Source: Octopus sinensis (Eukaryota). Taken from it: a DNA stretch of 64,000 nt. Below, piece after piece: positions 26,535 through 39,618 of this stretch. The position numbers and the translations under genes are program-made. The notes under the pieces are model-generated. The model worked only from the letters and a program-made list of their open reading frames with translations. It ran no database searches and was not told where the DNA came from. The stretch is taken from assembly GCF_006345805.1 (NCBI RefSeq), contig NC_043015.1, positions 7,626,001 through 7,690,000 of the forward strand, in the 5' to 3' direction. How positions within the stretch are numbered: position 1 is the stretch's first letter; each line of letters starts with the position of its first letter.

Positions 26535-28961
26535 AGCCCCATGTCAAGAATGTTTCTTTCCTAACAGTTTAATTTGTTGTGCGTATACGAAATAATAATC
26601 ATAATTCTAGAAAATTACAGCCTCATTTGATTAAGTGTACGGTTTCAAGTTGGTGCTTCAATATTGAAAAGTAACATACACAAATTACACTTGTAGACTT
26701 TACATTGGCATTTTTCATTTTAGGTCATCAAACCATAACATTTTATTCAATACGTCAATTTAGAAACACGTTTAATTTGTCTTTTTCATTATCATTGTCA
26801 ATGTGTGTATATTTATACATGCATGTGCATATATATATATATATATATATACATACAAACACAGATAAACATAGACACTCACACACAGAGACAAACAGGC
26901 ATACATATATATTCATTATGGGTGTGCATGTATTTATATATATATATATATATGTGTATGAGTGTGTGTGTGTGTGTACAAATGCGAGGGATACTGTCTA
27001 TAAGTTATCCAATGTAAAATGTCCTAATTCAACGTTTTAAATATTACCATTGATAAATTATATTGAGATCGATACTCATGTTAATACATAACAAAATATG
27101 ATGGCATTTCGTGTTAAAAAAGATATACCTATAGATATATCCATTCTCAAATCGCTTAACAATGTACTTCAGTGATTGCTTTGTAATATATCGTCTGACC
27201 TTTCCATGGACAAAGATTAAAAGTCAAACTTAAAGAATCGTGGGATATATATGACCATATCTCTCTGATCACTTGCATACATATATTTCAATTATTGTTT
27301 ATTTTTTCTATGAGATCTATTTGAATAGTTACTTAATTCAGTACTGCCTATTTGTCAAATGCCTATGTTGGTTTTGTCAATAAATCAGACGTTCTGTACA
27401 ACATATTCAATATTTACTTTTTACATAGTTGAAGATGCTGTGTGTGCTTCATATGTATGTATATGTGTGTGTTTGTGTTTGTGTGTGTATGTATATATAT
27501 TTATATGTATCTCTGTACATAAATATACGTATGTATATGTATGTATGTATGTATATGTATATATATATATATACATAGAGAGAGAGAGATAGAGAGAGAG
27601 ATACATATATATATATATTATGTGTATGTATATACATACATGCATATATATATATATACGTGCGCACACACACATACATTCAGAAATATATATTTATATA
27701 TACAAATACATATTCATACACGCACATAAACATACATACACACACGCGCATTCAGTTGTGCAAATGAGATACATAGAGACAAATATTTTTAACAGTACTT
27801 GTATTTGAATTTGGAAAGCTGCCATATCATTCGAATTCTGGTTTGATATTCTTACTTGGGAGGATTTATAGTATAAAATTCTCGGGCGAAGATTTAACTT
27901 ACTAATTTAACATTTGAACAAAGTTAAATATATTGAATCCGGCAATACTTTTTTCTCTATCGCTTAAAATGAACTCAAATCGCATGATTTCTTAATAACC
28001 TAATGAATATTTGCGATCCCTTACCAGATGCTGTACTACATAATGAAGGCAAACAATAGTTTTAATGGTAAGAATTTGATTTTGACAAAACACTGTGATA
28101 TCTATCACGGCTCCAAGCCGACCAAAGTATTATGACTGGATTTAGAAGATGGAAAATTAAAACATATTGCCGTTATATCTATGCATATATCTTAAACTTT
28201 TATGCGTTTGGTGTGTTTGTGGATGTGTGAGTTTGTATATCTGACAACCTGTTTCTTCACGTTCCAGTAACTAAAAGGTTCGTAATAATAGATATATAAT
28301 AGGTACTAGGCTGCAAAAAAAGAAAAACCTAAGTACTGGTGTCGAGTCGTACAACTAAAATCATACAAGACGGTGCACTGCTATACTTCAATAACTAAAA
28401 CAAGTGAAAGATACAATATAAAGTGTATGAAAAATGCAAAAAATAATCGAACTTTTATACTTCCATCATCGGATAGTTTGAGAAATATACATTCGGTTTT
28501 TCTTCAAGGAAATTCAGTCAAATGGACAATTTATCAAAATATTTAAACCCTGAGTGATATTATCATATCACTCAGGGTTTGCTACAATGAAGAAGCTAAT
28601 TGAGAACAAAGGAGTCTATAGATTCTCGTTAGGGAAAAGATTTATTCACCGCCAGGTTACTTTCGTTTATTATTCATGAATTAAAGGGAATTAATTATAT
28701 TTTGGAACCGTCTCCCGAGCGAGAATTTCATGTTCATGATTACTGATGAAGCTAATGATTTTACACACACACGCACACACCACGCACGTATATATATATA
28801 TGTGTGTGTGTGAGTGCGTGTGTATGTATATATACATATATGCGCGGTACATATATACATACACACAAACACGCATCCACACACACATATATATATATAT
28901 ATTTCGTTTTTGGATTTGGTTTGCAAGATTCTTTATATGAGTTCGTGTGTTGAAGCATATC

Positions 28962-29211
28962 CTGTTGTGTCTGGGGAGAGTCATTTTCTTTTTGTGCCTT
29001 ATTGTTTAACACACTCACCTGTAAAATTTCCACTTATTTCTTTATTTTATTTTCCTAAAATTTCCGTTGCGTCTTGCAACATTTTCAATAGTCTTGACTG
29101 TCCATTATTTACACTGCGTTCCTTTTCGTTTGTTTGTGCGCATGCTTGTGGGTCAGTGAGTGTGTTACATTACAAGGCACAGACAGAAAAAACTCTCCCC
29201 AGGCACAACAG
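28962..29211. mobile_element. About 250-bp element with inverted termini, abutting (TA)n; related partial copy at 33555-33760
   Basis: ctgttgtgtctggggagag versus ctctccccaggcacaacag (18/19 complementary); interior aacacactcacc..ttccact..tttccgtt..acattttcaatagtc recurs at 33600-33690. Confidence 0.7.
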
Positions 29212-29228
29212 TATATATATATTATATA

Positions 29229-29275
<47 letters not shown>

Positions 29276-29337
29276 ATATATATATATATACATTATATAT
29301 ATATACATTATATATATATACATATATATATATACAT

Positions 29338-29371
<34 letters not shown>

Positions 29372-30390
29372 CATTGATGAGTTGATTATGATAAATTAAT
29401 ATCAATTTCCTTGTTACCGACCTAACTATTTTATTTTCATGCCGAAAGATCGCACATGTAATGCACTACCAAGACATCCATCGACGCTGACATCAGCAGC
29501 TTCTGCTAGCGTAATTATTATATGTTACTTCTGTATCCTACATTCTTTTTCCGTTTGTGAAATATGAAAATGTAAATCTTATGGGACGTAGTTTATGACA
29601 CTTTAGTAAATATATCTCAGTTCGAATTTCTGGTGTTCTAAGATTCGCTCTTCGATTAAAAAAAAAACAAAAAACAGAAAGAACTGTAGCAAACAATACT
29701 CTTAATGCAAATATACATGAAATTGACGTATTGGAACTATCGCCGCCACATGGAAAACCAAGTAAATATTGTTGTTTAATGGCAATATTATTTCATTTTC
29801 TTGTTTTTTTATAATCGATCACATAATACTCCCACCTCCAATATTTAGAAAACTGAAGAAGATTACTATTTACTTTTATACCTCTGAGGATTTAATATAA
29901 TCGCTGTCGATTCGATACCTTCAGTGGCTTTACTTTTTCTCATCGTAAATGTAATAAAATACATTAAAATATCGAACAAGAATACATATAAGGAAAATGA
30001 TCGGAATATTTACATTCGATGTTGTTTACGTCCTACGTGTCCTTAAGCAAATTTAAAGAAGATATATATCTGTGTGAATATCTTTCACTTTTTACTTATC
30101 CCCTACTGTCATGATCATATAATAAACACTCTGTACACAAACGAACTTTCCAAACAAATAAGAAGATGAGGTTGGGAATATATAGTCAGGATTCATTGTA
30201 TAGATAGAAATGTTTTGATTAAATTTTTTTTCGTTATTGATTATATTTATGTTTTTTTTTCTTTTCTATACTTCATCACTGCCGTGGGTTGCAATTCCGG
30301 TTATATTTGAAAGAGCAAAGTAGTAGATACTGTTGTTTAAGTAAAAAACTGACGTATCGATTTATGTATGTGCAAAGACACGTTGGTCAC

Positions 30391-30434
30391 CTGATCGTGG
30401 CTTGAATGTTAATGCCAAAAAATGAGACACTGAA
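30391..30434 (-). CDS. Weak candidate 44-nt exon
   Basis: Pyrimidine-rich acceptor ttgcttctttcag|, donor CAG|GTGACC; phase 2-to-1 frame SVSHFLALTFKPRS is open (phase 0 is also open). Confidence 0.3.
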
Positions 30435-30735
30435 CTGAAAGAAGCAACTCAGCAACGGAAGAAACAAAGAGCGTGTTTGAATGTATGAATGATATGAAAT
30501 CGGAACACATTTAAAATTCTACTTCATAAAAAAAGGCCCAGGCAATACTTTATTACCACAAAGAATCATGAGGATGGAGCTAAAAAGCTGTTGAATCGTT
30601 GATGTAATTAGGAAAGCTATTAATACAATTTAAACAAAGATTAACGAGGATTTATGATGTCATCAATATCAAATATTAATCACAACATAAATTCATATTT
30701 AATAACATAATAGATCTGAAAGAGGAGTTGGATGT

Positions 30736-30778
<43 letters not shown>

Positions 30779-30919
30779 GACACATGGATACACATATCCA
30801 CACGTATAGAAATATACATACACACTTACATGCATATATATGTATAGACAGTGGTAGACTGAGTCTGAAAATATTGGTTGCCAGGAGACTACAGGGACCC
30901 ACCCGTATCTACAAGGGGA

Positions 30920-31830
30920 CCCACTCTTCATAAATGCCTTGCCCGACGACCTCACACAACACACCCTTCTATTTGCCGATGATGTCAAACTGGTCGCTCC
31001 TCGCGGTGATATACAGGATCTTCGTCGATGCCTCCACCAAATTTGGAGATAGTCTAACGAATGGGACCTGTGTCTGAACGTGTCAAAGTGCTGTCATCTG
31101 CCCGTTGGCTCTTCTGCAACTCAACTTGATTTCGAGCAGGGTCGTCTGCTGCTGGAGAGGACCAACCAGGTAAAGGACCTGGGTAACTTGGTGGATTCTT
31201 CCTTTTCGCCTTCGGCCCAGTGCGTCCATGCTGCCAACAAATCACGCGGAGTTCTGTTCTTGATTCGACGGTCATTCGGAATGCTCACAGCAGCCATATT
31301 CCTACAGCTCTATGTCACGCTGGTGAGACCCATATTGGAGTAAGGGATTCAAGCCTCTTCTCCTTATCTCCTCAAAGACTTACAGCATCTCGAAAGAGTC
31401 CAGAAGCTGGCTACCCGCATGGTTCTTGGTCTCAAGCATTTCTCTTATGAAGAAAGGCTGAAGACGCTCGACCTTTATTCTCTAGAAAAACGCCGACGCC
31501 GTGGTGATCTCATTCTTGCTCACAACATAATAAGCGGAAAGTGAAATCTCTCGAAAGAGCTGTTCTTCACTCCTGCTCCAGAGTGTCGGCTGCGGGGTCA
31601 CTCCGACAATTTCATCTCAATCGAAGGAGAGGGGCTTTTTCCGTCCGATTTGCGGATCCGTGGAATAAGCTGGCGGACGAGATAGTGAAGATGCCGACGA
31701 CCGCTCGGTTCAAAGACTCCCTTGACAACAAGTGACCTTAACTCTTTACATGAACATCACCCTGTACATAACTCCATGCCCCCCTACATGGCCTTGCTTT
31801 CTGAGCCAAAAAATTAACTAACTAACTACA
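30920..31830 (+). mobile_element. 5'-truncated CR1/L2-type LINE (RT C-terminal half, pseudogenised)
   Basis: FINALPD...LLFADDVKL, KDLG, LYVTLVRPILE, LERVQKLATRMV, YEERLKTLDLYSLEKRRRRGDLI, WNKL; several stops; (AACT)n tail at about 31817-31829. Confidence 0.93.
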
Positions 31831-32114
31831 ATGCTATGAATTATCTATTTATTCTTCCAGGAGTGAATAAAAAGTCTCGAACTTCAGGGGTTGGGCCCCT
31901 TAGATACTAAGATGAACACCATATACGGATTCTAATGGAGCAGGGGCCCATTTGCCATCGGGCAACTAGGGAACCTGACCAGTCCGCCACTACATATATA
32001 TATATTATAGATAGGTAGATAGATAGATAGATAGATAAAACATACTTGGAAAAGTATGCGTGGCGTTCGAACATATAATAATATGATATATAAATATATG
32101 CATATACACAGACA

Positions 32115-32167
<53 letters not shown>

Positions 32168-32184
32168 GCATATGTGTGTACAGG

Positions 32185-32640
32185 ACTTCAAAAGACGTAG
32201 CCAGAATGAGAAACGAGAACAACGAAAAAAATCAGACAGAGAAACGAGACACGCAACATTAAAAAAATTCCCTTCATCAGTTGTCCCTTGTTTCATCTAC
32301 TCCGCGTTCGAAGGTAAGGACAAGACGCGACTTCGTTAAAACAATCCCTCCCGCAATTGAAATCAAATAAAATTTGGGATTTTTTGAGGAGGGTGACAGT
32401 GGTAACAAAAACTGGAGAGTGAGAACAAAACAGTAAAAACCAACGGTGCGGACTGTTAAGCCAAGTAGATGTGAAGTGGTAAATGCAGGAAAAAACGAGG
32501 TTTGAGAAGCGACAGATGAAAGCACGTCTTGTGTTTAAGAAGGAAGTGGAAGAAAGAAAGAATGACCGTGTGTGAGAAACGAGAGAATCATGGATGAAGA
32601 GAGAGAGGGAACGGTGAAGGGGAGAGGAGAAGAATAGGAA
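32185..32640 (-). mobile_element. Dispersed repeat family P
   Basis: Reverse complement is colinear with 6745-7225. Confidence 0.7.
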
Positions 32641-32845
32641 CAACAAAGAGTGTTATATGGTTTGGAGTCAAATTACTAACAGTGCAATCGCGTAAAAGTA
32701 TACACGAGTTCCTGATTCAAATGTTAGTCCTAGACCTTTTATGTTTCGCGAACTCTTAAAGTTTGTATAATGATTAATAAAAAATAATGCAGCATTATGT
32801 TACCTGCTTTTATTTTCTGGTTTCAAATCTGAGGTCACAACACAC

Positions 32846-32980
32846 CTGTGTGACAAAGTAATCTATTAATAAGACAAGTCGAGCGCATCGTGAATTTGAG
32901 GAATGGCTTATACATCTATGAGTGCCAAAATATTTTATTTCGTATAGAACATTGCTAATAAGAGACCTCGTAAGATTATA
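32846..32980 (-). CDS. Candidate 135-nt exon, phase 0-0
   Basis: Acceptor attatttccag|, donor CAG|GTGTGT; one open frame YNLTRSLISNVLYEIKYFGTHRCISHSSNSRCARLVLLIDYFVTQ. Its phase does not join the other candidates directly. Confidence 0.3.
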
Positions 32981-33428
32981 CTGGAAATAATATATGCAGT
33001 TATGAATGATATACATGAAAGTAAATAAAACTAGGGTACGAGGACAGATATATATCTACGAATACAAACCTGAAAATATTTTGAGAAGTGATATGTTTCT
33101 TCTCAACATAATCATTTTAAACAGTCAACAGACAGAGTATTCCTAAATGAATATTTCCTGGTTAACGGAATCCTAAACTAGTTTGAATAGATGATCCAAG
33201 ATATTGTATTACAGAAAAACGATTAATATTCATGATATTTTGATGACTATCTCCGCCCCCTATGTATGTATGTATGTATGTATGTATGTATGTATGTGTG
33301 AATGTATGTATGTATCTATTCTCATACATGCATCTATTCTCATGCATGTAGTTTCATGACCATATAAACTTACATGGTAAACTTCTAGAAAGTTTTACAG
33401 AGGTTTACGTGTATGCATTATACATCAG

Positions 33429-33460
<32 letters not shown>

Positions 33461-33554
33461 TATATATATGTATAAATGTGTGTATATATATATATGTATG
33501 TATAAATGTGTGTGTATATATATATTATATATATACATACATACACACACATAT

Positions 33555-33760
33555 TGTTGTGTGTCTGAGGTGGGTCATTATCTTTTGGTGTCATTATTTA
33601 ACACACTCACCGGTTGATTTTCCACTAATTTCTTTATTTTTACTAAAATTTCCGTTACATCTCAAAACATTTTCAATAGTCGTTGACTGTCTGTTATCCG
33701 AGTCGCTGTGTTTTGTTTGTGCGCATGTGTGTGGGTTAGTTTCTGTGCGGATGGACGTGC
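33555..33760. mobile_element. Partial copy of the 28962-29211 element
   Basis: Shared interior sequence; one terminus only. Confidence 0.6.
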
Positions 33761-34052
33761 ATGTATGTATATATGTATGCATGCATGTGTGTGTATGCAA
33801 GTATGTTTATGTGCGTATGTATATATGTATGTATGTGTGTATATTTTATTCTGCATAGTCATGTGTCTGTGTGTGCGAGTTTGTGTATTTTTATGCGTGC
33901 ATGTGTGTGGTTGTGTGTGTGCATGGATAGTTTTGACTATGTATTGTGTGTATGTATGGATGTGTTTCAGTCTTCATTTTCGTATGTATGTGTGATTGTC
34001 TGTTCCAATTAATAATGTCCCTATCCGTCTCTGTCTGTCTATCTGTCTGTCT

Positions 34053-34150
<98 letters not shown>

Positions 34151-34154
34151 TGCT

Positions 34155-34207
<53 letters not shown>

Positions 34208-34600
34208 TACGTATACATCGTATGCATATATCCGCAGCTTATAAAGCTGACAACAGAAACAACAAGTATGGTGAGACTGACAATTGACAATGAAGTGACG
34301 ATAACTCATATAAAACCATTATGATATTAATACCGCTACTTGAAGTATTGCCACAACGGAATACTACCACTGAATCTACTGAATCTACATCATTCTGAAA
34401 CCAAACACATTTGTACGTGCATTAGGCTGGCCATTTGTGTTTTGCGGAATAAACACTATATGTTCGTTCATCTCTTCAGCTTCATTATCGTTCCTATGTT
34501 ACTCTCTTTTGTATGAAATCTTTCGTCACACATCCCACGTGACAGCTCCTGTTCTGTTTAGTCCATTCTCATAAGGAATATTGCAAAGCGAATTCATAAA

Positions 34601-34640
<40 letters not shown>

Positions 34641-34644
<4 letters not shown>

Positions 34645-34846
34645 ATCCAAACATGAAAGCACAAAAAAAAACACAACAACGCGAGAACGTTGAACAAATA
34701 TAGTATTATTGGACGCTCAGGAAAGAAGGAAAGAAGGAGGTTTAACGTTTCGAGCGGAGCTCTCGTCGGAAACATAGGAGAAGGAAATATCCAGAGAAGG
34801 GAAGTCAGAGGAAAAAAATCGCCAACGGTACACACGCGGTCACATT
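34641..34846 (-). mobile_element. Small repeat inserted in (TA)n, carrying a hammerhead-like motif (Penelope pseudo-LTR or retrozyme-like)
   Basis: Bounded by TA tracts on both sides; contains the motif at 34740-34773. Confidence 0.55.
34740..34773 (-). ncRNA. Putative minimal type-I hammerhead ribozyme motif, U4C variant
   Basis: Minus strand GUUU-CCGACGA-GAGC(UCC)GCUC-GAAAC-GUU-AAAC: helix I 4 bp, helix II 4 bp, palindromic AACGUU helix III. Confidence 0.55.
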
Positions 34847-34864
34847 ATATTCTATTTTTTTCCC

Positions 34865-34958
<94 letters not shown>

Positions 34959-35394
34959 ATATATAGAGAGATAGATAGAGAGATAGATAAATAGATGGAT
35001 TAGATATGAGTGTATCGATGTATGTACGGATATAGTATTTATTATAATAGATCCATAGAGGATGAAGACATACCAGAGCGAAGCTAGAGAGAGAATCACT
35101 TAGAGTAGATTGTGAATTAAAGCATTATTCTACCACAGAAAGCATCGATAAAGTAAAGCCAAAGCAGATAGGTGATTTGAATTTCCAATAGTATTCCAAA
35201 ACCTCCAATGCAGTGTAGAATCTGTAGTGTGACGAAAAAGATTAATAAATATAGTTGAACCAGATTTGAAGTTTTGCAGCAACTGTTTCATTAGGAATTT
35301 CGGTGTTGTTATTTTATTGTAAGGATTATAAAATTATTTTGATGACGCACTGCGTTATGTAACTACGAAACTCATCAGGGAACCATGTAATCAA

Positions 35395-35692
35395 CCCCGA
35401 AAGAATGAAGGGCAAAGTCGACCTCGGTGGAATTTGAACTCAGAACGCAGCGGCGGACGAAATACCTATTTCCCTACTACCCAAAAGGGGCTAAACACAG
35501 AGAGGACAATGAAGGACAGACAAACGGATTAAGTCGATTATATCGACCCCAGTGCGTAACTGGTACTTAATTTATCGACCCCGAAAAGATGAAAGGCAAA
35601 GTCAACCCTAGCGGAATTTGAACGTAGCGGCAAACGAAATACTACTAAGCATTTCACCCGGCTTGCTAACGTTTCTGCCAGCTCGCCGCCTT
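35395..35692 (-). mobile_element. SINE family E, full copy plus a tandem partial copy
   Basis: 35462-35692 matches 10813-11041; 35395-35461 repeats the internal segment. Confidence 0.88.
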
Positions 35693-35798
35693 AATAATTG
35701 GAATGAACAAATATAATTAAATATTAAGTATTTTGATTTACTGCCGGTCGACTTTTGGTCAACGCTCTATGTATGGATCACTATATGTAATTCCCAAA

Positions 35799-35830
<32 letters not shown>

Positions 35831-36577
35831 TATTATACATACATATTTAATTAACTTCGGAGTCACCACCAGCTTTTGATTTCTGAGACTTAGTTGAAGG
35901 TGTTCTATATTAGAATTGTATAAGTTAATATGAAGACAGCTGACGTTCTGTATGCTATTCTGTTATTGACCCATAAATCAAGGGTCGAAATATAGTTACA
36001 AAAGTAATTACAGAGGAAGTATTAAACTTTGTAGCCAAAGGACTTTCCTGATATATTACAAGCGCAGGTGCCACTTTATGCCCGCTGTTCATTATCTATA
36101 ATCTACAAAATAATTGACAACATGTGAGTTGTGTCTTTCGGTGTATGCGAATTAATAAGTAATATGATAGTGTGAATGCGTTTAGTCTCCATCCCAAGGT
36201 ACAAATATTATCCTCACTCCGGAAGAAGGGCAAGCCTTGAAACTGAGACTTATTAATCTCATACTTTGTGTGAAAATGATATAAGCATTGATTTTAATCT
36301 AATAATTTCTAATTACATACAAGTCTATTTTCAAACATTAAATTTATTGCTAGATTCAAAGTAACACCTGGTGGCTGGAATAACGAGTTAATGATGTATT
36401 TTGGTTCTTTTCACAACTGCTTACCACATTATGAGAAATCTTGATTGGTGAGCACCCAAGAGCAATTTAGCTGTAGACACATTTCTCTTTCCAACCACAC
36501 ATAAGATGTATACATATATATATATACTCATATGCACACATACATGCGCCTATTCCCACAAACATATATATATATAT

Positions 36578-36840
36578 ACGGGGAAAGTTTACGAAAAAAA
36601 AACAAAAGACGAAGACAGGTGGTGTACATTTACAAATGCATGTTCATGAATACACACACGCACGTTTTTTCTCTCCTTGTTTCTCTCATTTTTTTTCTGT
36701 GTATCTTTCTGTTGAAGAGCGTACGCTGGAAACGTAAAAGACTTTTTCTATTTCTATTCCTGAGCGCTATACTAATACATTTGTTTGTTTGTACTCCATC
36801 TGCCTTCGTCTTTTGTTTATTTTCGTAAAACTTCTCGTTA
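36578..36840 (+). mobile_element. About 260-bp element with about 55-bp inverted termini inside (TA)n, with a central hammerhead-like motif
   Basis: gtttacgaaaaaaaaacaaaagacgaagacaggtggtgtaca versus tgtactccatctgccttcgtcttttgtttattttcgtaaaac; motif at 36704-36741. Confidence 0.7.
36704..36741 (+). ncRNA. Degenerate minimal type-I hammerhead-like motif
   Basis: UCUUU-CUGUUGA-A-GAGC(GUAC)GCUG-GAAAC-GUA-AAAGA: helix I 5 bp; A6U change, an extra A, and a broken first pair of helix II. Confidence 0.4.
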
Positions 36841-37127
36841 TATATATATATATATATATTACATATTTAACTTTTTACAGGCCAAGAATTGTATAATCGA
36901 TGAAATTCCACTTCGAAAGTATATGGTAATTTGTGATTGACATATCTTAAAATTAGTTGAGATTAACATATTAAAGGTACTGAATGAATTCAAAAACACA
37001 TTACTATATCGGTTTGTTCGAATGCAAACTGCTTTGCGATTATTAAATCAACCGGCAATGGTTTGTTGCCTCATTACACACTTTCCTGAAAAGGGCCATC
37101 TTAGTTTCTTAGAATTTATATCTTTAT

Positions 37128-37348
37128 TTTTTACTTGTTTCAGTCATTTGACTGTGGCCATGCTGGAGCACCACCTTTAGTCGAGCAAATCGACCTCAGG
37201 ACTTATTTCTTGTAAGCCTAGTATTTATTCTATCGGTATCTTTTGCCGAACCGCTAAGTTACAGAGACCTAAACATACCAGCATCGGTTGTCAAGCGATG
37301 TTGGCGGGACAAACACAGACACACAAACATATACACACACGTACATTT

Positions 37349-37381
<33 letters not shown>

Positions 37382-37537
37382 CGACGGGCTTCTTTCAGTT
37401 TCCGTCTACCAAATCCACTCACAAGGCTTTGGTCGACTCGAAGCTATAGTAGAAGATACTTGCCGAAGGTGCCACGCAGTGGGACTGAACCCGGAAACAT
37501 GTGGTTCGTAAGCAAGCTACTTACCACACAGCTACTG
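37128..37537 (-). mobile_element. SINE family A, full length
   Basis: Reverse complement is colinear with 60692-61090. Confidence 0.92.
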
Positions 37538-38144
37538 CTACCCCTATTTATATATTTTTTTAGTCTCGAGTCAGCTTTTTTATCAGTATTATCCTTATGT
37601 TTTTCTCTCTGCCTGGGTAATTGTTTATTGGGATGTTTTAATAAACAGTTAAGATGTGATTAAGCGTGATTTTGGCAGCTATTTCTAAGGGAATAATAGA
37701 TTGCATCGCAAATCCCTCATAGGCTTGATTAAGGTAGACCTCTATTGCAGAGGCATATTAATATTAGTCGTGTCTCGACAGTTATTTGAGTGTAACGCTT
37801 TAAACAGCCTTTTCGAAGGAACGATATGAAAGCTGTAATCAATATTTTTAGCATAATGCAAGAACATTTTCTTATGCCCTTGAAACAAACTCTACCACGG
37901 ATCGAATCGAAGGATTCAATAAACTACCTAAAGAATAGGTAGTTAATTCCCAGTAGAATGGAAAGCGACTAACTATGGGTCGAAGAAACGTAGCGAAGGG
38001 ATCGATAAGCTTTCTCGTATATTCTATCTCTCTCCTAAATGAATTACCCAATGAACACTGCGAAAGGAAACCTTGCTTTACCGCTAAACTACAGGGTGTA
38101 TACCACATGATTTGTAAACTACTACTGATGGTGATGATGATAAT

Positions 38145-38176
<32 letters not shown>

Positions 38177-38559
38177 GATCTCTTAAAGAGTAGGAATATA
38201 GAGATTGTAATTTCTAGGTGTTTAATATCACAAGCTGGAAGTGTATTCCAATTTCGTATATCATCTAAATATTTCTAGTGTGGAAATCAATAAAACTCAC
38301 TGAAAGTATCACAAATTAAAACTGAAATATTCATCAATTACCAATTCTATTAGATTGATTAATATGATGAAATAAGACCAATATTCAGGGTTTTGGAAAG
38401 AAAGCCTACCAAAAATCATGAAAGGTCGTGATGACCTACGTAATCTGTTCGTGCGGTTAGGATTTTTACTAGGGATAGCTAAAATAATTTTCAGTTTAGG
38501 GGAGCAGTAAGTTAATAAAACCGATAGCAATATGATTTTGATACTTAACTATATTGGCA

Positions 38560-38730
38560 ATTTCAGTGGGATTTGAAAGTAGAAAATAAATACGTGGAAC
38601 ATATATCGCAAAATATGTTTTTCAGTGTACTATCGTTTCTGTCATTTGAATGCAGAAAGAAATGAAGGACGAAACGCCACCAAGCATTTTTCTCGTCGTG
38701 CCAATGATTTTGCAAGCTCACCGCCTTGGA
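38560..38730 (-). mobile_element. Degraded SINE family E-like fragment
   Basis: Minus strand aaggcggtgagcttgcaaaatcattggcacgacgagaaaaatgcttggtggcgtttcg resembles the family E head. Confidence 0.45.
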
Positions 38731-39584
38731 AGGACATTTATTACTGATTTCAAATTTTGGGACAAGGCCAGCCAATTTCGATAGAAGGTTTAAATCGATT
38801 CCATTGGGCCTAGCGTTCAACTTGCACTTAATTTAACGATGATAGTCACAACCGACATCGGCGGTACTGTAAGGGTGATATTTCACTTTAACACATGTAA
38901 AATAGTTCTCGAATCCTGCTGGCAAGACTTCTATATTAGTAAACACATATGATACATATTTATCGCTGTTAAGTCATTGCCGCAGAACTATGGAAAATTG
39001 TAGAATTTCACTGTGTGAAAACCATTGGCCTTCAGCTTTTGGATTGTGTGTTGTTATGGAACTAAAAAGCTGTAAAGACGTGGCACTGTGGAAATGTGTA
39101 ATATACAATATATTTCATAGTGAAAATTCATAAAGTATCGATAGTTTAACTTGTCAATATTTCTCTAACCTGATATTAGACGTGTGAGGAGGATTATATT
39201 AAATCGTAAGTTAAATCTATGTCATGTTCGTGGCTTGTTAAAAAGGCATTACGTCACACGCTACAATAATATATTCAATATCGATGTAAACCTTTCTTGG
39301 AGACGAAATATTTGAAAAAGAATTGGAATATGAAGAATCAATTGCCTGCTAAGGACTGCCACTCAAAATCCTATATTCTGTTATCAACATGTGAATACGT
39401 GGTGTTGAACTTTCAAAACAGGTGTGCATTTGGAGATAACAGACTATAAATAATACTTTAGAAGGGAAATAAATTCCATTTGTGTGAATCGTAGCAATAC
39501 ACAAATAAATCATTATCATAATACATTTCGATAAAATTCACCAGATAAGAGCCGCATCATTTTACACATAAAAATATAAGCGCA

Positions 39585-39589
<5 letters not shown>

Positions 39590-39618
<29 letters not shown>

